Assembly (NCBI RefSeq): GCF_006345805.1
Contig: NC_043002.1
Location: 4,278,001 to 4,342,000, forward strand
Direction of reading: 5' to 3'
DNA: 64,000 bases
Origin: Octopus sinensis
Lineage: Eukaryota
Made by a program: the position numbers and the translations under genes. The stretch's first letter is position 1. Every line of letters starts with the position of its first letter. The notes below the pieces were generated by a model, which did not search any database, was not told the DNA's origin, and saw nothing but the letters and a program-made list of their open reading frames with translations. This document shows, in pieces, positions 1-14,412 of this stretch.

Positions 1-1048
1 TCACGGATCAGTACATTATATATTGTTTTTGCTGTCCTGTTCTTGTCACCATTTTTACCCCTCCGCAAAAAATCCCAAATTTTATTTAATTTGCTTTGCG
101 GGAAGGATTGTTTCAATGAACTCGTGTCTTGTCCTTAACTTCGAAACACAGAATAAGTCGAAGCAGGGGCAGCTGAAGAAGGGTAATATTCCTTGTGTTG
201 TATGTCTTGTACTCTGTTTTCTCGTTGTTTGAAAAAGTCCATTTCCATGTTTTTGTTTTTATGTTTTCGTTTCTCATTGTGTTCTACGTTTTCTTTTGGT
301 GTCCTGTACCCATATATGCATGTATATATACATATAGATGCAGGTATGTACATATATGTATGTATGTATGCATATGTTTTATTTATTATCTTGTTATTAT
401 ATATATGCATATACACATATATAATTGGCGTTTTCTCCGAAGAATATGGTGGACGATAATTGTAATGAAAGGAACTAATGATTGGTTTGATTGAAGAGAA
501 TGTTGGCATATTCAGGGTGATAGCGGCAATGAGTTGTTGCATTATCCGTGCGCATGCGCGATTGGGTAGGTAAAGGGATTTTCCAGAATGTACGATACGC
601 GGTGTGTACGTATGTGCACGTGTCCCTGTGAATAAGTGTTTAGACAAACCAGTGTTTGGGAAAACAATGTGATGTTGTCAAGTAGAGAGATTAAAAGCTG
701 GTTAATGGGCCGAAGATGAACGTTAGGTAGAGGTGGCTTAGGACGACACCAACATGTCGTCTCTAAGTCATTTAGCGGACGTGCAAGTATATGGTGGATT
801 ACTGAATGGTAATAGAGGTAGAAGCAAATAGACGCGGCAGGTTGTGAATTCTTAAAAGCAACCGCGAATAACTATAAGGATTCTTCATGAAATTAACTGC
901 TTGTTAATTAATGAATGAAGGCAGGTGTGTGGGTGTGGCGGGTGTGTGGGTATCGGTGTGTAATGGGTGTTTGAGTAAATGTTTGGTTGTTGATAATTGT
1001 GTAAATGATACGATGTAGTATCATAGTTAATATTTGATTTAGGGGTGT

Positions 1049-1049
<1 letters not shown>

Positions 1050-1094
<45 letters not shown>

Positions 1095-1263
1095 ACACAC
1101 TCACACACATACACACCCACACACACACACACGCACACACACACTCCCACATACACACTCACACACACAGACACACAGACACACAGACACACAGACACAG
1201 ACACACAGTCACACACACACAGACACACACACACTCACACACACAGACACACAGACACACACA

Positions 1264-1310
<47 letters not shown>
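1050..1310. repeat. compound (CA)n/(CACAGA)n microsatellite
   Basis: Directly visible tandem dinucleotide array. Confidence 0.95.
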
Positions 1311-1315
<5 letters not shown>

Positions 1316-1565
1316 TACATTCACGTATCTGTCGAGTTTGATCATGTGTGTGTGTACATACATAGAATACATACATATGTGAATATATGAGCGTATTTGA
1401 TGGTTGTGCGTCTACCCCGATCTCAAATCGAACTTTAATATTACATTGTATCATCCACGCAATTAATCAACAGCTACGTATTCACCCCCCACACACAGAG
1501 GTTCTCATTCACTAATTAACAAGTAGTTAACAAGAATCCCTAGAGTTGTTCTCATTTATTTTTAA

Positions 1566-1985
1566 GGAGTGGCTGTGTGGTAAGTAGCTTGCTAACCAAC
1601 CACATGGTTCCGGGTTCAGTCCCACTGCGTGGCATCTTGGGCAAGTGTCTTCTGCTATAGCCCCGGGCCGACCAATGCCTTGTGAGTGGATTTGGTAGAC
1701 GGAAACTGAAAGAAGCCTGTCGTATATATTTATATATATATGTATATGTATGTATGTGTATGTGTTTGTGTGTCTGTGTTTGTACCCCTAGCATTGCTTG
1801 ACAACCGATGCTGGTGTGTTTACGTCCCCGTCACTTAGCGGTTCGGCAAAAAGAGACCGATAGAATAAGTACTGGGCTTACAAAAGAATAAGTCCCGGGG
1901 TCGATTTGCTCGACTAAAGGCGGTGCTCCAGCATGGCCGCAGTCAAATGACTGAAACATGTAAAAGAGTAAAGAGTAAAAGAGTA
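1566..1985 (+). mobile_element. SINE family A (tRNA-like head, CORE-like centre, internal TA/TG microsatellite, stem-loop tail)
   Basis: Head GGAGTGGCTGTGTGGTAAG..GGTTCCGGGTTCAGTCCC (A/B-box-like); CORE-like TTGGGCAAGTGTCTTCT; tail GGCGGTGCTCCAGCATGGCCGCAGTCAAATGACTGAAAC; homologous copies at 36.3, 43.9, 47.6 and 59.7 kb. Resembles the described octopus tRNA-derived SINEs; exact family name not verified. Confidence 0.85.
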
Positions 1986-2267
1986 TACACGTCTTCCACT
2001 ATCAGCCGTATGTCCACCTTGCTTTGTGCTAATTCAATTACGTTTGGCTTGTTAAAACCATGACCTACCAATCCGTAGCATTCAACTATGGTCCATTAAC
2101 CAACCACAATCCTTTACCTCCTTACTTGACAACGCATTATTGTTTACCAAAATACTTGCTTACCCAAATATCTATGCACCGAAAACAGCTCTATGTCACC
2201 ACCTCCCTTACGGTCACACGCCTACACTACAAAACTGATGTGGTAAAATCATACAGCCACACACACA

Positions 2268-2550
2268 TACCAGGTGGCATCAGAAAGTTCCCGTACTAGT
2301 TCTATAGCGCGCCAACAGATGGCAGCACATTTGCATGCGCACCAAGTGCTGCCAGTGATCTTCATGAGGCAGTGTGCTGAGTGACATCGCTGTGCTTACT
2401 ACGCAAGTTATGAGATTTGTTGTGTTTTTGTGATCACGTGTATGCTGTAGTCTGCGATTTTGTCATGGACCAGGAAGTTGAAACAAAAATCCAACGTAAA
2501 ATTTTGTGTTAAACTTAGGATGTCTGCTACAGAGACATTGGTGCATGCTT
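2268..2550 (+). mobile_element. mariner transposon 5' fragment
   Basis: TA followed by TIR-like CCAGGTGGCATCAGAAAGTTCCCGTACT; translation QKSNVKFCVKLRMSATETL matches the mariner N-terminal motif EQRxNIKFCVKLGKSATET. Confidence 0.65.
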
Positions 2551-2777
2551 CGGCAAGCTTACGGCGACGTGGAAATGGGTCGTATGCAATGTTTCGAGTG
2601 GCACAACTGGAATATCTTTTAACTATATACAAAATAGTCAGCCGGCCTGGAGTATCGCAATTTGAAACCGCCAGTCAGCGGATAATATCGATCTTTCCAA
2701 TTCTCGAAATAACCAGTATTAAGTTCTCTCATTTTATAGCAGTTTGCATACAGAGTACTGACACCCTTATACATGCA

Positions 2778-2791
2778 TAGATAGATAAATG

Positions 2792-2839
<48 letters not shown>

Positions 2840-2880
2840 CATACATACATACATACATACATACATACATACATACATAC
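2778..2880. repeat. (GATA)n(CATA)n microsatellite
   Basis: Directly visible. Confidence 0.95.
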
Positions 2881-3529
2881 GTAAGACATGCATAGATGCA
2901 TACCTACATAAAGATGTCAGTTCTTAAGACAAATTTGACGATGACGTAATTCCTGCAAAAATTGAATGTATAAATAAAATAAGAAAGAGGGAAAGAATGA
3001 AAGAACGATGTTTAAAGCGTTTGTCCATTGGGGATCAAAGAAGACAAAGGCTTCGACTACAGGTACTTCAATAGGGAATCCATCCGTGCAGGGGATGCAT
3101 CCATGTAGGGGAGCAGGGACTCACAATTGCTCTCCCCCTTGCTACACGTTTCTGTGAGCCTAAATCTACTGAAGTGACGTTTTTTTATTGTTGCAAATGA
3201 TTGACATCCCAACCACTGAACTGAAAGGTTCAACATCTGTGGCTGCAAGTATTTTCAACCATCAATCATCTATGAAAATCGATCATGACCGATTATTGTA
3301 GAACTACGGCAAGAAACGCAGCCACATAGGATGGGAATCAGAGAACCGTGACTGCTTCTGCTCGTACTTCATCTTCCGAACGCTTCAAAGTACTGAATTG
3401 GTGGCATTTCATTGTCGTAGATATGCGGAATGCTCCAACCACCTCAACACGTCTATTTGACCACTGGAGATCTGTTCACCGTGTGCTGCGCAAGCATACC
3501 TTCAGGACATAAACATCCACCTACCTAAC

Positions 3530-4650
3530 TACCGTGCATCCATTCCTCCATCCGCCCACTCACCTAGCCATCCACCGTTCGATCCATCGATCCAGCCATC
3601 TAACTATCTACAGCACATTTAACCATCCATCTGTACATCTGATCAACTTATTGTTCAGCCACTCGTCCACTTGACCATTCCCCCTTTGCATCCCCAAATC
3701 AGATATCCACCAGTCCATCTAACCAACGATCTAACTATCAACGTAATACATCTATCAAACTATGCATCCATTCCACCGTCTATCTCAACATATAACCATC
3801 CACGAACCATCTACGCATTCACCTACACATTCACCTACGCATTCACCAACTAGAGATATTAAAGTATCCATGCAATCCATGTACGCAATGAACCACATCA
3901 CCTTCCATCTTCTTAATTAATAATAATAATAATAATCTAATCATCCATCCATCCATCCATCCGACAACCCATATAACCCATATAACCCATATAACCCATA
4001 TTCAGTTAAGGAACTCTTGATTGGCGGTGAATTACCCTGGGCGCCGTTTAGAAGGCTTTGTAAACGAGCTACGCTTGGTTGAAATTGCGCAGACATTTTC
4101 CCCCTCTGCGGTCAGTAATAAATGTATCTGTCAAGGTAATTCTGTCATCCATCTAAACAACCATCTAACCCTTCATATTCAAAGGTTTTATCATCCATCA
4201 AACCCCCTAGCCCTCTATCTATAAACCCAACTAACCATCCATTCATACAACCATCTAAACATATATCCATCTACCGATCCCTCTGTTCATCCATGCAACG
4301 ATCTACTCATCCACTCTTACAACCATGCAACCACCTATCCATCAATCCATGCATCCATGCCTCCATCCATCCATCAATCCATTCGTATGTCCGTCCGTCC
4401 ACCCGTCCATCCATCGGTCTATTTAATCATCTATCTATTCATTTATACAACAATATATCCATCCATCCACCAAACCATTCATCCATCCATCCATCCAACC
4501 ATTTAGCCACCCATCTCTATAACCATCCAATCATCCGTCCGTCCGTCCGTCCGTCCGTCCGTCCATCCCTCAAACCATCCGTTCAACCGTCTGCCCGTCC
4601 CTCTACCATTCTAACCACTCACCTGTTCAAGCATCCATCTAACCATCCAT
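3530..4650. repeat. degenerate (TCCA)n/(TCCG)n low-complexity region
   Basis: Dense CCAT/TCCG units, includes a short (ATATAACCC)n run at about 3967-4002. Confidence 0.8.
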
Positions 4651-4714
4651 GAAGCCATTCAACCAAGGAAACTACATGTGCATAAACATACAGGCATCCA
4701 AACACAAAAGCAAC

Positions 4715-4731
4715 AACAACACGCACACACA

Positions 4732-4783
<52 letters not shown>

Positions 4784-5205
4784 CACACACACACACACAC
4801 AAATATTAATGTAGAACATATGCACATACTTACACACACATTCTGTCTTCCTCCTCCTCCTCCCCTCTCTCTCTCTCTCTCTCAAGCACGCATTATAATG
4901 GTACGAACAATCAATGTATCTATCTGTTATAGCCATTAAACAGATTCAGTGCAATAATGCCATAATAAAGCTGTGCACTCTTAACAATTGTCAACGTAAA
5001 CTGCTTCTGATGAAAGGCAACCCTCAGCACGTTTACACTCACACACACACACACACACACACCACACACACACACTTGCACACAAAAATATATACATCAG
5101 CATCTTTATGTGCGTTGTCAGCGTGCACATAACACTGTACGCGTGGACAGACACACACACACTCATATATATATATATATGTGTGTGTGTGTATATGTAT
5201 ATGTA

Positions 5206-5263
<58 letters not shown>

Positions 5264-5271
5264 ATATATAT

Positions 5272-5319
<48 letters not shown>

Positions 5320-5580
5320 ATATATAGATATATATATGTATGTATGTGTGTCTGTGTGTGTGCATGTGTGTATGTATGTATGTATGTATGTATGTGGTGT
5401 GTGTGTGTGTGTGTGTGCGTGTGTGAGACTACTTTACCGAGTCCAGCTCCTCATGTTTTCGCCAGGGACTAAGATCAATAGATTCAATATAGCTTTAATC
5501 ATGCATATTCAGACTAAGAGATTTGCACGTACACACACACACACGTGCGTACACACACACACACACACACACGCACACAC

Positions 5581-5623
<43 letters not shown>

Positions 5624-5645
5624 GGACGCATACACGCTCCCACAC
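4715..5645. repeat. clustered (CA)n, (TA)n and (TG)n microsatellites
   Basis: Directly visible. Confidence 0.9.
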
Positions 5646-5812
5646 ATCACACGTAAACAAATGGCGGAGCTCAAAATCAACTGTCAGTTGACCTACAAGA
5701 AATAACAGGTAAATCTCAATCTAGGGATACATCTATTATCTTAAAAACAAAACAAAACAAAACAAAAACAAGTACTGATTCGTTAATGTAGTCCTGGATT
5801 TATTGTGTCCAA

Positions 5813-5843
<31 letters not shown>

Positions 5844-6730
5844 GTAAATAAATATGGGATGCGTTTAAATGGAACGTCTTTAATCAGAAGTCTTTTCCAT
5901 CGATGCTGATCTGGGAGAATACAACAATACCAACGACAACAATAGCAAAACTACACAGAATTGCATCTGGTCATACACATGCACAAACACACATGCACGC
6001 ACACACATGCACGCACACACATGCACGCACACACAAGCACACAGACACACACAAGCACACAGACACATACACATATGCGCACATGCATACAATAAAATGA
6101 ATCAAAAGAGATAATTCACGAAGAACTACGGCATGGATGTAGGCAATTCGTTTAAAGTGCGATGCACTGATGGTGAAAGCAAAACTCAAACCCCCGCTAA
6201 AAAAATAGAACAAAAAAAAGAAAAAAAACCCAACAACAAAAAACAAAACAAAAAACCCCCCAAAACAATGAATAAAAAATTGATCTATTAACTGAAATTG
6301 CCACCCAAAGAAAAAGAATGTCCAGTTGTAATTGTAAGCAATCTTCAAAGAGAAGGGGAGATAACTAGAAATTAAGAATTAATTTCAGGAAATTAAATCA
6401 CCGTACTTGCGGTGTTTAGTTTAAAATGCATGAAAAATTGCCCTGCATCTAATGTAGCTGTGCTATGGTTTTTCTGAGACCGAGGGTTGTATTGTAGGTT
6501 AGGGAGCCGGATATGCAAAAGCCCTCAACGCACAATAATTGTTTCTAATAATACGATATTGATGCAAGCCAAACTATCAATCTATCAACACTAATTCACG
6601 AAAAATTGCTTATAGTGCGTTGGCCGTTATATGGGGAGGCCATACCATTCTATAGTTCCTTCCTCCAGCATGCATAACCAATTCCTGATATTTGTCTTAC
6701 ATTATTTAATGAATGTGATATCTTTAAGAA

Positions 6731-6968
6731 TCAGGAAGGCGGCGGGCTGGCAGAATCGTTAGCACGCCGGGCGAAATGCGCAGCCGTATTTCGTCTGCCG
6801 TTACGTTCCGAGTTCAAATTCCGCCGAGGTCGACTTTGCTTTTCATCCTTTCGGAGTCGATAAATTAAGTACCAGTTACGCACTGGGGTCGATGTAATCG
6901 ACTTTATCCGCTTGTCTGTCCTTGTTTGTCCCCTCTATGTTTAGCCCCTTGTGGGTAATAATGAGACA
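6731..6968 (+). mobile_element. SINE family B, full length, 14-bp target-site duplication
   Basis: Head GGCGGCGGGCTGGCAGAATCGTTAG..GAGTTCAAATTCC; centre GACTTTGCTTTTCATCCTTTCGGAGTCGATAAATTAAGTACCAG; TSD GATATCTTTAAGAA at 6717-6730 and 6969-6982. Confidence 0.9.
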
Positions 6969-7812
6969 GATATCTTTAAGAAACAGTTTTTATTATCCAA
7001 ATGAAAATTGTCCTCGAAAGATAAAAGGAATATTAAACTTTTATCAACATATCAACAATTTGCAACGAGTGAATGACAATAAAACCATTGCGATGGTGCA
7101 CCCGTCTTGGTACCCATAGCAGTCATACAAAACATCATAGCCAACAATACGAGTTTCCCATTCTGTATGATGATGATTCGCTTGACCAAGATATAAGCAA
7201 ATAGACATTTGATCTGAAAGAAGATAAAATCGAAATAAGATACTTGTTTAACGTAGTATATATATGAGGAATTCACAATTTCGTTCTTTATTCCTGCATA
7301 ACTATCACAAAATCAACGCATTTCCCCCTACAAAACCACTTTAAAATAACTTTCAGTAAGTGCAAAAGAAGGATGCGTCGTGTGCGAGAGTACATCTTAT
7401 CCATTGGCAAATACGGTGCATGCATAAGCAGATAATTTCACCTTCGTCTGCAGGGAAAGTGTCAGCTACGATTATGTTTCGGTTCACTGGATGCTCGTCA
7501 GCGAAGTGGAACTCAAACCAACTTCATTGGTCGAAAAAATGTTTGTATGGATGAACTGATTAATTGGTTCAGCTATCGATTAACTATTTAACTTTCCGTT
7601 CAATAATCCGTCTACTAATTCATGCAGCTATCATTTCATTCATCTACCCATGCAACTAATCATCCATCCATCCACCATTCCACTAGCCATACAACCATCA
7701 AACTATTCACATATCCACCCGTCACCCATCCATCCATCCATCCATCCATCCACCGTCACCCATCCATCCATCCATCCATCCATCCATCCATCCACCCGTC
7801 ACCCATCCATCC

Positions 7813-8675
7813 AAGAAGCCTAATTTCTCAAGATTGGTATTTAGGTAGTGTGTTATATATCCCAGGGCCCCAATAATTACAGGTATAAACCTGAACTTGT
7901 ATTCTGGATAGAGTAACTGCAGATTTTTCAATAGTTCAACATAGGTGTTCTCTTTTTCACTGATCTTCAGCTTTATGTTAACATCTGCTGGGCAGCTAAT
8001 TTCCACAACTGTTCACAGTTTCTCCTCTCTATTTCAAATTATTATATCAGGTCTGTTATGCTTACATTTTATCGAGGTCTTCACTGGTACATTCCACAAG
8101 TATTTCTTTTCATTATGATTGGTTATGGCTTCTACCACATTGTGGGTTTTTATTTCTTTGTCCTCGGGATTATCCTTCCTATGGATCTCATTATAGGGTG
8201 TCCTAACCACAACGTCATGTCTCATCGGTAGATAATACATTGATGACATTTTCGTGATATTGGGTGATACCTTCAGTGTGAACTCCATAGAGTCTGCATC
8301 GGTTATCACATTTTACGGATCTTCCCGCATCTCTAACCCTTTTGTGCATCAGGTATTTGGTTGATATTTCCTGTTCTTGGATTGCAAACGCATATCCTTC
8401 AAAGTGTGAGGCAGTAATCCGGCTATTCGTCCCTGATAAACGGCTTTGATGATCGATGTTACTATCATCACGGAGCTTTCTGCTAACATTCCAATGCATA
8501 GGCCATCTGCGCATACAGGCTCATCCTTTCGTCTGATATGTTGTGGTAGATCGTGCGACTTCTTTGGGCAAGTATTCTAGGTTATCAGACGAAGAGTGTT
8601 TCTCAAGGAGTTGCCTGCCAAGTCTTATGATGTTATCAGCCTCATGTGTACAAACTTGGTCAAGGGTGCACTTTG
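7813..8675 (-). mobile_element. R4/Dong-clade non-LTR retrotransposon fragment (post-RT region, zinc knuckle, restriction-like endonuclease), decayed
   Basis: [74 protein letters not shown] across frameshifted ORFs. Confidence 0.85.
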
Positions 8676-9825
8676 ATGCTTGTATGTATGTATGTATGTA
8701 TGTATGTATGTATGTATGTATGTATGTATGTATGTATGTATGTATGTATGTATGTATGTATGTATGTTTGTATGCATGTGTGTATGTATGTTTGTATGTG
8801 CGTGTATGTGTGTGTAATTATCTGCTATATTTTTTATACGTATATTATGTACTTATGTATGTCTTTACATTTGTTTCGAACAACATATTCAGCAGTGCAT
8901 ATAATGAATGTTTAATGCACAAAATTCGTGAAACGTTTCATATTTCTTTTATTACAGTTTCACATCCATCCATTCGTTCGTCCGTCGGTCCATGCGTCCC
9001 TCTGTCCATCCATACATCCGTCCGTCCCTCCATCCACACACCCACCAGCCGTCCGTCTGTCCATCCATACATTCAGCCATAACAATGTTGTTTTACTCAG
9101 CAATCTGAAGAGTTATCATAAGTGTGTAATAACGAGTTAATAGAATTAGCAGCGCTAAGACTTTTTGGTGGTGGTCATGGTGGGGAAGGAGAATGGAAAC
9201 GGGATAGGAATCGGAGAATTAATCAGCTCAGTTCTCGGTATGTAGGTAGAAATACGAGGTAAACATTTCTTCATATCATACTATATTGTCTCGAAAAGAA
9301 AGGGAACAATTTGGAGATGTAGTCCTAGACACACCATGTCTGGTAAAAAAAGAAAAAAGCAAAAGCCGGGATGGTCATAGCTGGAATATCCTTGACCCCA
9401 GCTGCAGCAATAGCAGCAGCGATGGTAAGGAAATCGAATCAGAATACACGAAGCGAAGATAGCTTGACGTGTCACATGAAGCATGGAGAACTGTTAAGCT
9501 CTCAGATTACTCAGAGAAAGGGATTGGTATTCACCCCACGCATCTTTATAAAGAGCACAGATTATATTACAATGTCATAGGGAATGATAACACGATACGC
9601 TATCAGACTCTCACGTGCATACATTTACTAACAGTAAAGAACACATACTCGTGTCACTGAGGGTCCCTCAAGTCTAGGGAAGAGGCCAAGGGTGGATTCC
9701 TCACTTTCTTTCAAGTTTGAAGCTATTCACTGACGAAATTCTTTAAATGTTTTGGTCCCGTCCCCCCCACCAATAGTTTAAGCCTTATGAGCAAAACTGT
9801 AATCTTAACATCTTATATGAAAGCC

Positions 9826-9929
9826 AATGTATGTATGTATGTATGTATGTATGTATGTATGTATGTATGTATGTATGTATGTATGTATGTATGTATGTAT
9901 GTATGTATGTATGCATGTATGTATGTATG

Positions 9930-9961
<32 letters not shown>

Positions 9962-10300
9962 TGTATGCATGTATGTATGTATGTATGTATGTATGTATGT
10001 ATGTATGTATGTATGTATGTATGTATGTATGTATGTATGTATGTATGTATGTATGTATGTGTATGTATGTATGTATGTATGTATGTATGTATGCATGTAT
10101 GTATGTATGTATGTATGTATGTATGTATGTATGTATGTATGTATGTGTGTATGTATGCGTGTATGCATGCATGTATGTATGTATGTATGTATGTATGTAT
10201 GTATGTATGTATGTATGTATGTATGTATGTATGTATGTATGTGTGTGTGTATGAATGTATGTGTGTGTGTGTATGTATGTATGTGTGTGTGTGCATTTGT
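9826..10300. repeat. (TATG)n tetranucleotide array
   Basis: Directly visible; source of the MYVC/IHTY pseudo-ORFs. Confidence 0.95.
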
Positions 10301-10518
10301 ATGCATGCGTTATTCTATTATTCTTTAATCGATTTCAACAACCAGAGGCACCAAAATTACCGATAATACTTTTGCTTATTTTAGACTCGTTTCCCAGAAT
10401 CGGTTTTGGTGAAGAAATGAGTGGGACAAGGTTGCCATTCTTTGCTGCGTTTCTGTCGTAATGTGCGTTTATCTAATGTCTCAGATAAAAAAGCGGTAAA
10501 AATTAAACACGCACGCAT

Positions 10519-10604
<86 letters not shown>

Positions 10605-10619
10605 CAACAACAACATTGC

Positions 10620-11322
10620 CTCAACGATCTTGACAATGACGACGAAGACGACGACAAACACCACAACCACCACCACCACCACCACCTCAATTTCTCCTCT
10701 CCTGCTCCTCCTGCTCCTGCCCCTCCTGCTCCTGCCCCTCCTCCTCCTGCTACTACAAACGCCACCAGTACTACTGCTGTCACCATATCGCCACTGTACC
10801 TACAACTACCACCAGCAGTACCACTAAATACCACCACTTCTGTTGTGACGTACACTAACACCACTCCTACTACGTGAGATACTACTACAAGCACTACGAC
10901 GGCTACCCACCGCTAATACCATCCAACTACTACTACAGCAACCATCAGCACCATCACCGCATCGTCGTGGTCATCATCATCATCATCAATAACAACAACA
11001 CTGTCAATGAGGAAGTATTAGCGAGCAGCCGACTAACATTTGCAGAAAACCACTAGTAATAAGTCACCGCCACCACCATAACAACAACAACAACAACAAC
11101 AGCAGCAACCACTATCACAACTGCCACCGACAACAACACCATCACCAACACCATCACAACTAACATCTCCTCTACCACTAACACCACCACCACCACCGCC
11201 ACCACCACCACCATCACCACCGCCACCACGACCACCACAACGACGACGACGACGACGACGACCACCACCACCACCACCGCCGCCGCCACCACCATCAAAA
11301 CGACCGTCACCATCACCACCAC

Positions 11323-11355
<33 letters not shown>

Positions 11356-11505
11356 TATCACTACCTTTGCTTCTAGCACCACCACCACCACCACCTAAAT
11401 AAACCCTAGGAAAAAAGGAGAGAGAGAAAAAAAGCAGAAATACAAAAGAACATAGTACAAGCAAAACAAAAGAACACAACAACAACAACAACAACAACAA
11501 CAATA
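10620..11505. repeat. mixed triplet repeats (CAC/CAA/CAT/CTC/GAC)
   Basis: Directly visible. Confidence 0.9.
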
Positions 11506-11829
11506 ATAAATATATGAATTAAAAGGTGAAACCTTCGCCCCCCCACTTCCATCCATTGCATCGACCGCCAAGCATCTCTTCTTACATCCCTTTCCAGCAG
11601 TGGCGAGTTGAGTCCCAGTCGAACCCTCCAGGGACATAACTTCAGATATGAATTATATACATAGCGCACAGCGCCGTGGGAGAGAGATAGCAATGAAAGC
11701 TAAGCTAATGCGATTGGCTAACTTCGTTGCTTGGCTGCTTCGGTGTTATGTTGGGATTTCACACTCTACTTATCTGCCGAGCGGAAGCGATAGTTGTTGT
11801 TGTTGTTGTTGCTGTTGTTGATATTGTTG

Positions 11830-13300
11830 TTTAGCTCCAAGTTAACCATTATCGTGCAGACCTATGGTCAAACACGTTCCAGTCGTGACCACCTTTTTTT
11901 TTTATTGTATGCGTTGTTTAAGGGTTAACTGTGACATTTTTTCGAAGACAGCGGCTGCTATTTCTCGCAATCTGAGTGATCTCGTAGAGGCTCCCTTATC
12001 GGCTGCTGATTGATTATTATGGCGGCTAATAGCAATGACAGCAGTGTTGCTTGTTTTGTGGTTGTTAGTAAGAGTTGGTGTGGTGGGGGAAGCGATGACG
12101 ATGTTTCAAATCTGATGTTGGTTAATGGTAACGGTCTCGTTGTTGTTGTTGTTGTTGTTCTTTAGCTCCAGGTCAGTCTTAATTGAGAAGTCATAGAATG
12201 TAAGACCTTCCAGCCCAAAGTATCCATTTTTTAAAAGGAGTTTCTAGGAAACATTATCCAATGCATCCTTCTTATATGCAAACGGCGGAGCATAATTTGA
12301 GAGAGGTTTCACTGCGATTTCTAGCAGATCACGTAGAAGCTCCCCCCGTTTCCCTGTTGTTGTTATCGTTGCTGTTGCTGATGTCATTTCGCCTCCGATT
12401 AACGTTGACCAAGCAAACCTAAGATGAAAGGCATTCAAGCTCCGATCATCCTGGATTTTTACCTCTGTCTTAAGGAACCCAGGGCTCCAGGAACCAACCG
12501 TATTCTTTTCTAAGGTATTATTGAGTGATTTGAGGGAGATTTGGCTACTCCGAGCACAAGAAGCTCCCGTTAACCCAGCTTATTTGGAGTCTCTAACAGT
12601 ATTTGTCGCGGTTTTGTAGTGTTGGTATTTAATCCCAGGTCTGTATCGATCAGCCGAATCTATGGTCAAAACCGTGATCATCCCATTGTTTTTTCTTAAT
12701 ATAACGAAACTAGAAACTAGCTTCAGATTAGCCAAAGTTCTCTTCTTGTTTTAAGTCAGTAGGATGTAGTTTCAGAGAATTTGATCTTTATTTCTTGCAG
12801 CCTTAACTAACAGCGTAGAGCAAGCATGGTGAACAATTTTTCAGCAGCGGACCACAAGAGACATGACTCATTATAAGGTGGGATGCATTACTAAAAAACA
12901 TTTTGGTAATTTTTCGTTTGGAGCGTCATTCAGAAAGTTCCAGGGGCCAAAAGTTGCCCCTGACTGGGGACGAGGTTGTCCTCTTTGCCATATAGCTGTG
13001 GCAGTAGTTTAAGTTGTGTGGCTGGTCAGAGTTGTGACTCTGAGGAGGAGTAGTAAGAGAGGGTGGATGAGGAATAAGTCTTTGATGTTATTGTGGTTCT
13101 TTAGTCTCGGATTATTAGACTCAATCAAAGAGAGACATGATCATCCAAGGACATTCTAGTCATGACTCTCCAGTACATTTTTCGGCATAGTAATCCTGGA
13201 TCTCATCATTCGATGCGTTCTTATCTAAGACAACAAGGTGTGATTTGAAGAAGATTTGACTGCTATTTCTAACACGCTGAATGACCATGTAAAAGTAGGT
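11830..13300 (+). repeat. cluster of about four decayed copies of a dispersed repeat (family D)
   Basis: Recurring modules resembling GTTGTTTAGCTCCAGGTCAG..CTATGGTCAAA..TTCCAG..TGACCA and GATTTGAGGGAGATTTGGCTGCTATTTCTAG; fragments also near 9370, 40610-40685, 47515 and 58375. Confidence 0.55.
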
Positions 13301-13659
13301 CTTTAATAACATTAATCAACAAGAATTTATTTTCTATCAGAAGTGAAATTAGCTATTTTTTAATTCCCATTTGTCACTGATTCCAAATTTACTTTTACCT
13401 TTTTTCTTTCCTAACACGTCGAAATTTTGAAATATGTTTTTCTTTTTCTCAATTTCGTCAATATCTTAAGGTATATTAAATGACATTTTATACGAAATTT
13501 GTTTATCGTTTGAAACGGGAAAAGAAAAGTATACACTTAATTCACGCATAATTTTAACTGGATATATAATAGATTGAATTAAATACACGCAACTAAAGAA
13601 TATACATTATACAATTTCTTTGTAAAGTATTGCGAATATAATTTAGTTTCAAATTTTGG

Positions 13660-13858
13660 CATAAGGCCTGTAAGTTCGGGGTAGGGGCTAAATCGATTAC
13701 ATCGACACCAGTGTTCAACAGGTACTTATTTCATCGACCCCGAGAAGAAGAAAGGCAAAAACGACTTTGGAGGAATTTAAACTCAGAACGTAAAAACAGA
13801 CGAAATGCCGCTAAGCGTTTTGCTTGGCGTGTTAACCATTCTGCCAACTCGCTGCCTT
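13660..13858 (-). mobile_element. SINE family B, alternative tail, diverged
   Basis: Same head and centre as 6731-6968 but tail ..GGCCTTATGCCAAAATTTGAAAC. Confidence 0.75.
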
Positions 13859-13867
13859 TATTACAAC

Positions 13868-14412
13868 TATGTATGTATGTATGTATGTATGTATGTATGT
13901 ACGTATGTACGTATGTATGTATGTATGTATGTATGTATGTATGTATGTATGTATGTATGTACGTACGTACGTATGTATGTATGTATGTATGTATGTATGC
14001 ATGCATGCATGCATGCATGTATGTATGTATGTATGTATGTATGTATGTGTGTATGTATGTATGTATGTAATGTATGTATGTATGTATGTATGTATGTATA
14101 TTTGTACGTGTGCGTGTGACTGTGTGTGTATGTATGAATGTATGTATGTATGTATGAATGTATGTATTTATGTATGTATGTGTGTATGTATGTATGTATG
14201 TATGTATGTACGTACGTACGTACGTATGTATGTATGTATGTATGTATGTATGTATGTACGTACGTATGTATGTATGTATGTATGTATGTTTGTATGTATG
14301 TATGTATGTATGTGTATATGTATGTATGTATGTATGTATTTATGTATGTATGTATGTATGTATGCATGCATGTATGTATGTATGTTTGTATGCATGTATT
14401 ATGTATGTATGT
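13868..14412. repeat. (TATG)n/(TACG)n array
   Basis: Directly visible. Confidence 0.95.

Noticed and set aside
100-880. Possible Penelope relic and hammerhead (CTGAAGA near 170, CGAAAC near 142)
   Set aside because: Stems I and II do not close around the core, and peptide resemblance is limited to a few residues
3050-3530. GGWSIPHIYD resembling the post-RT GGLGIP motif
   Set aside because: One short motif with many stops; cannot assign a family
3967-4002. (ATATAACCC)n as a telomere-like repeat
   Set aside because: Only about four units, not TTAGGG, embedded in low-complexity DNA
6990-7560. Coding-looking unique sequence
   Set aside because: Stops in all frames and no recognisable motif
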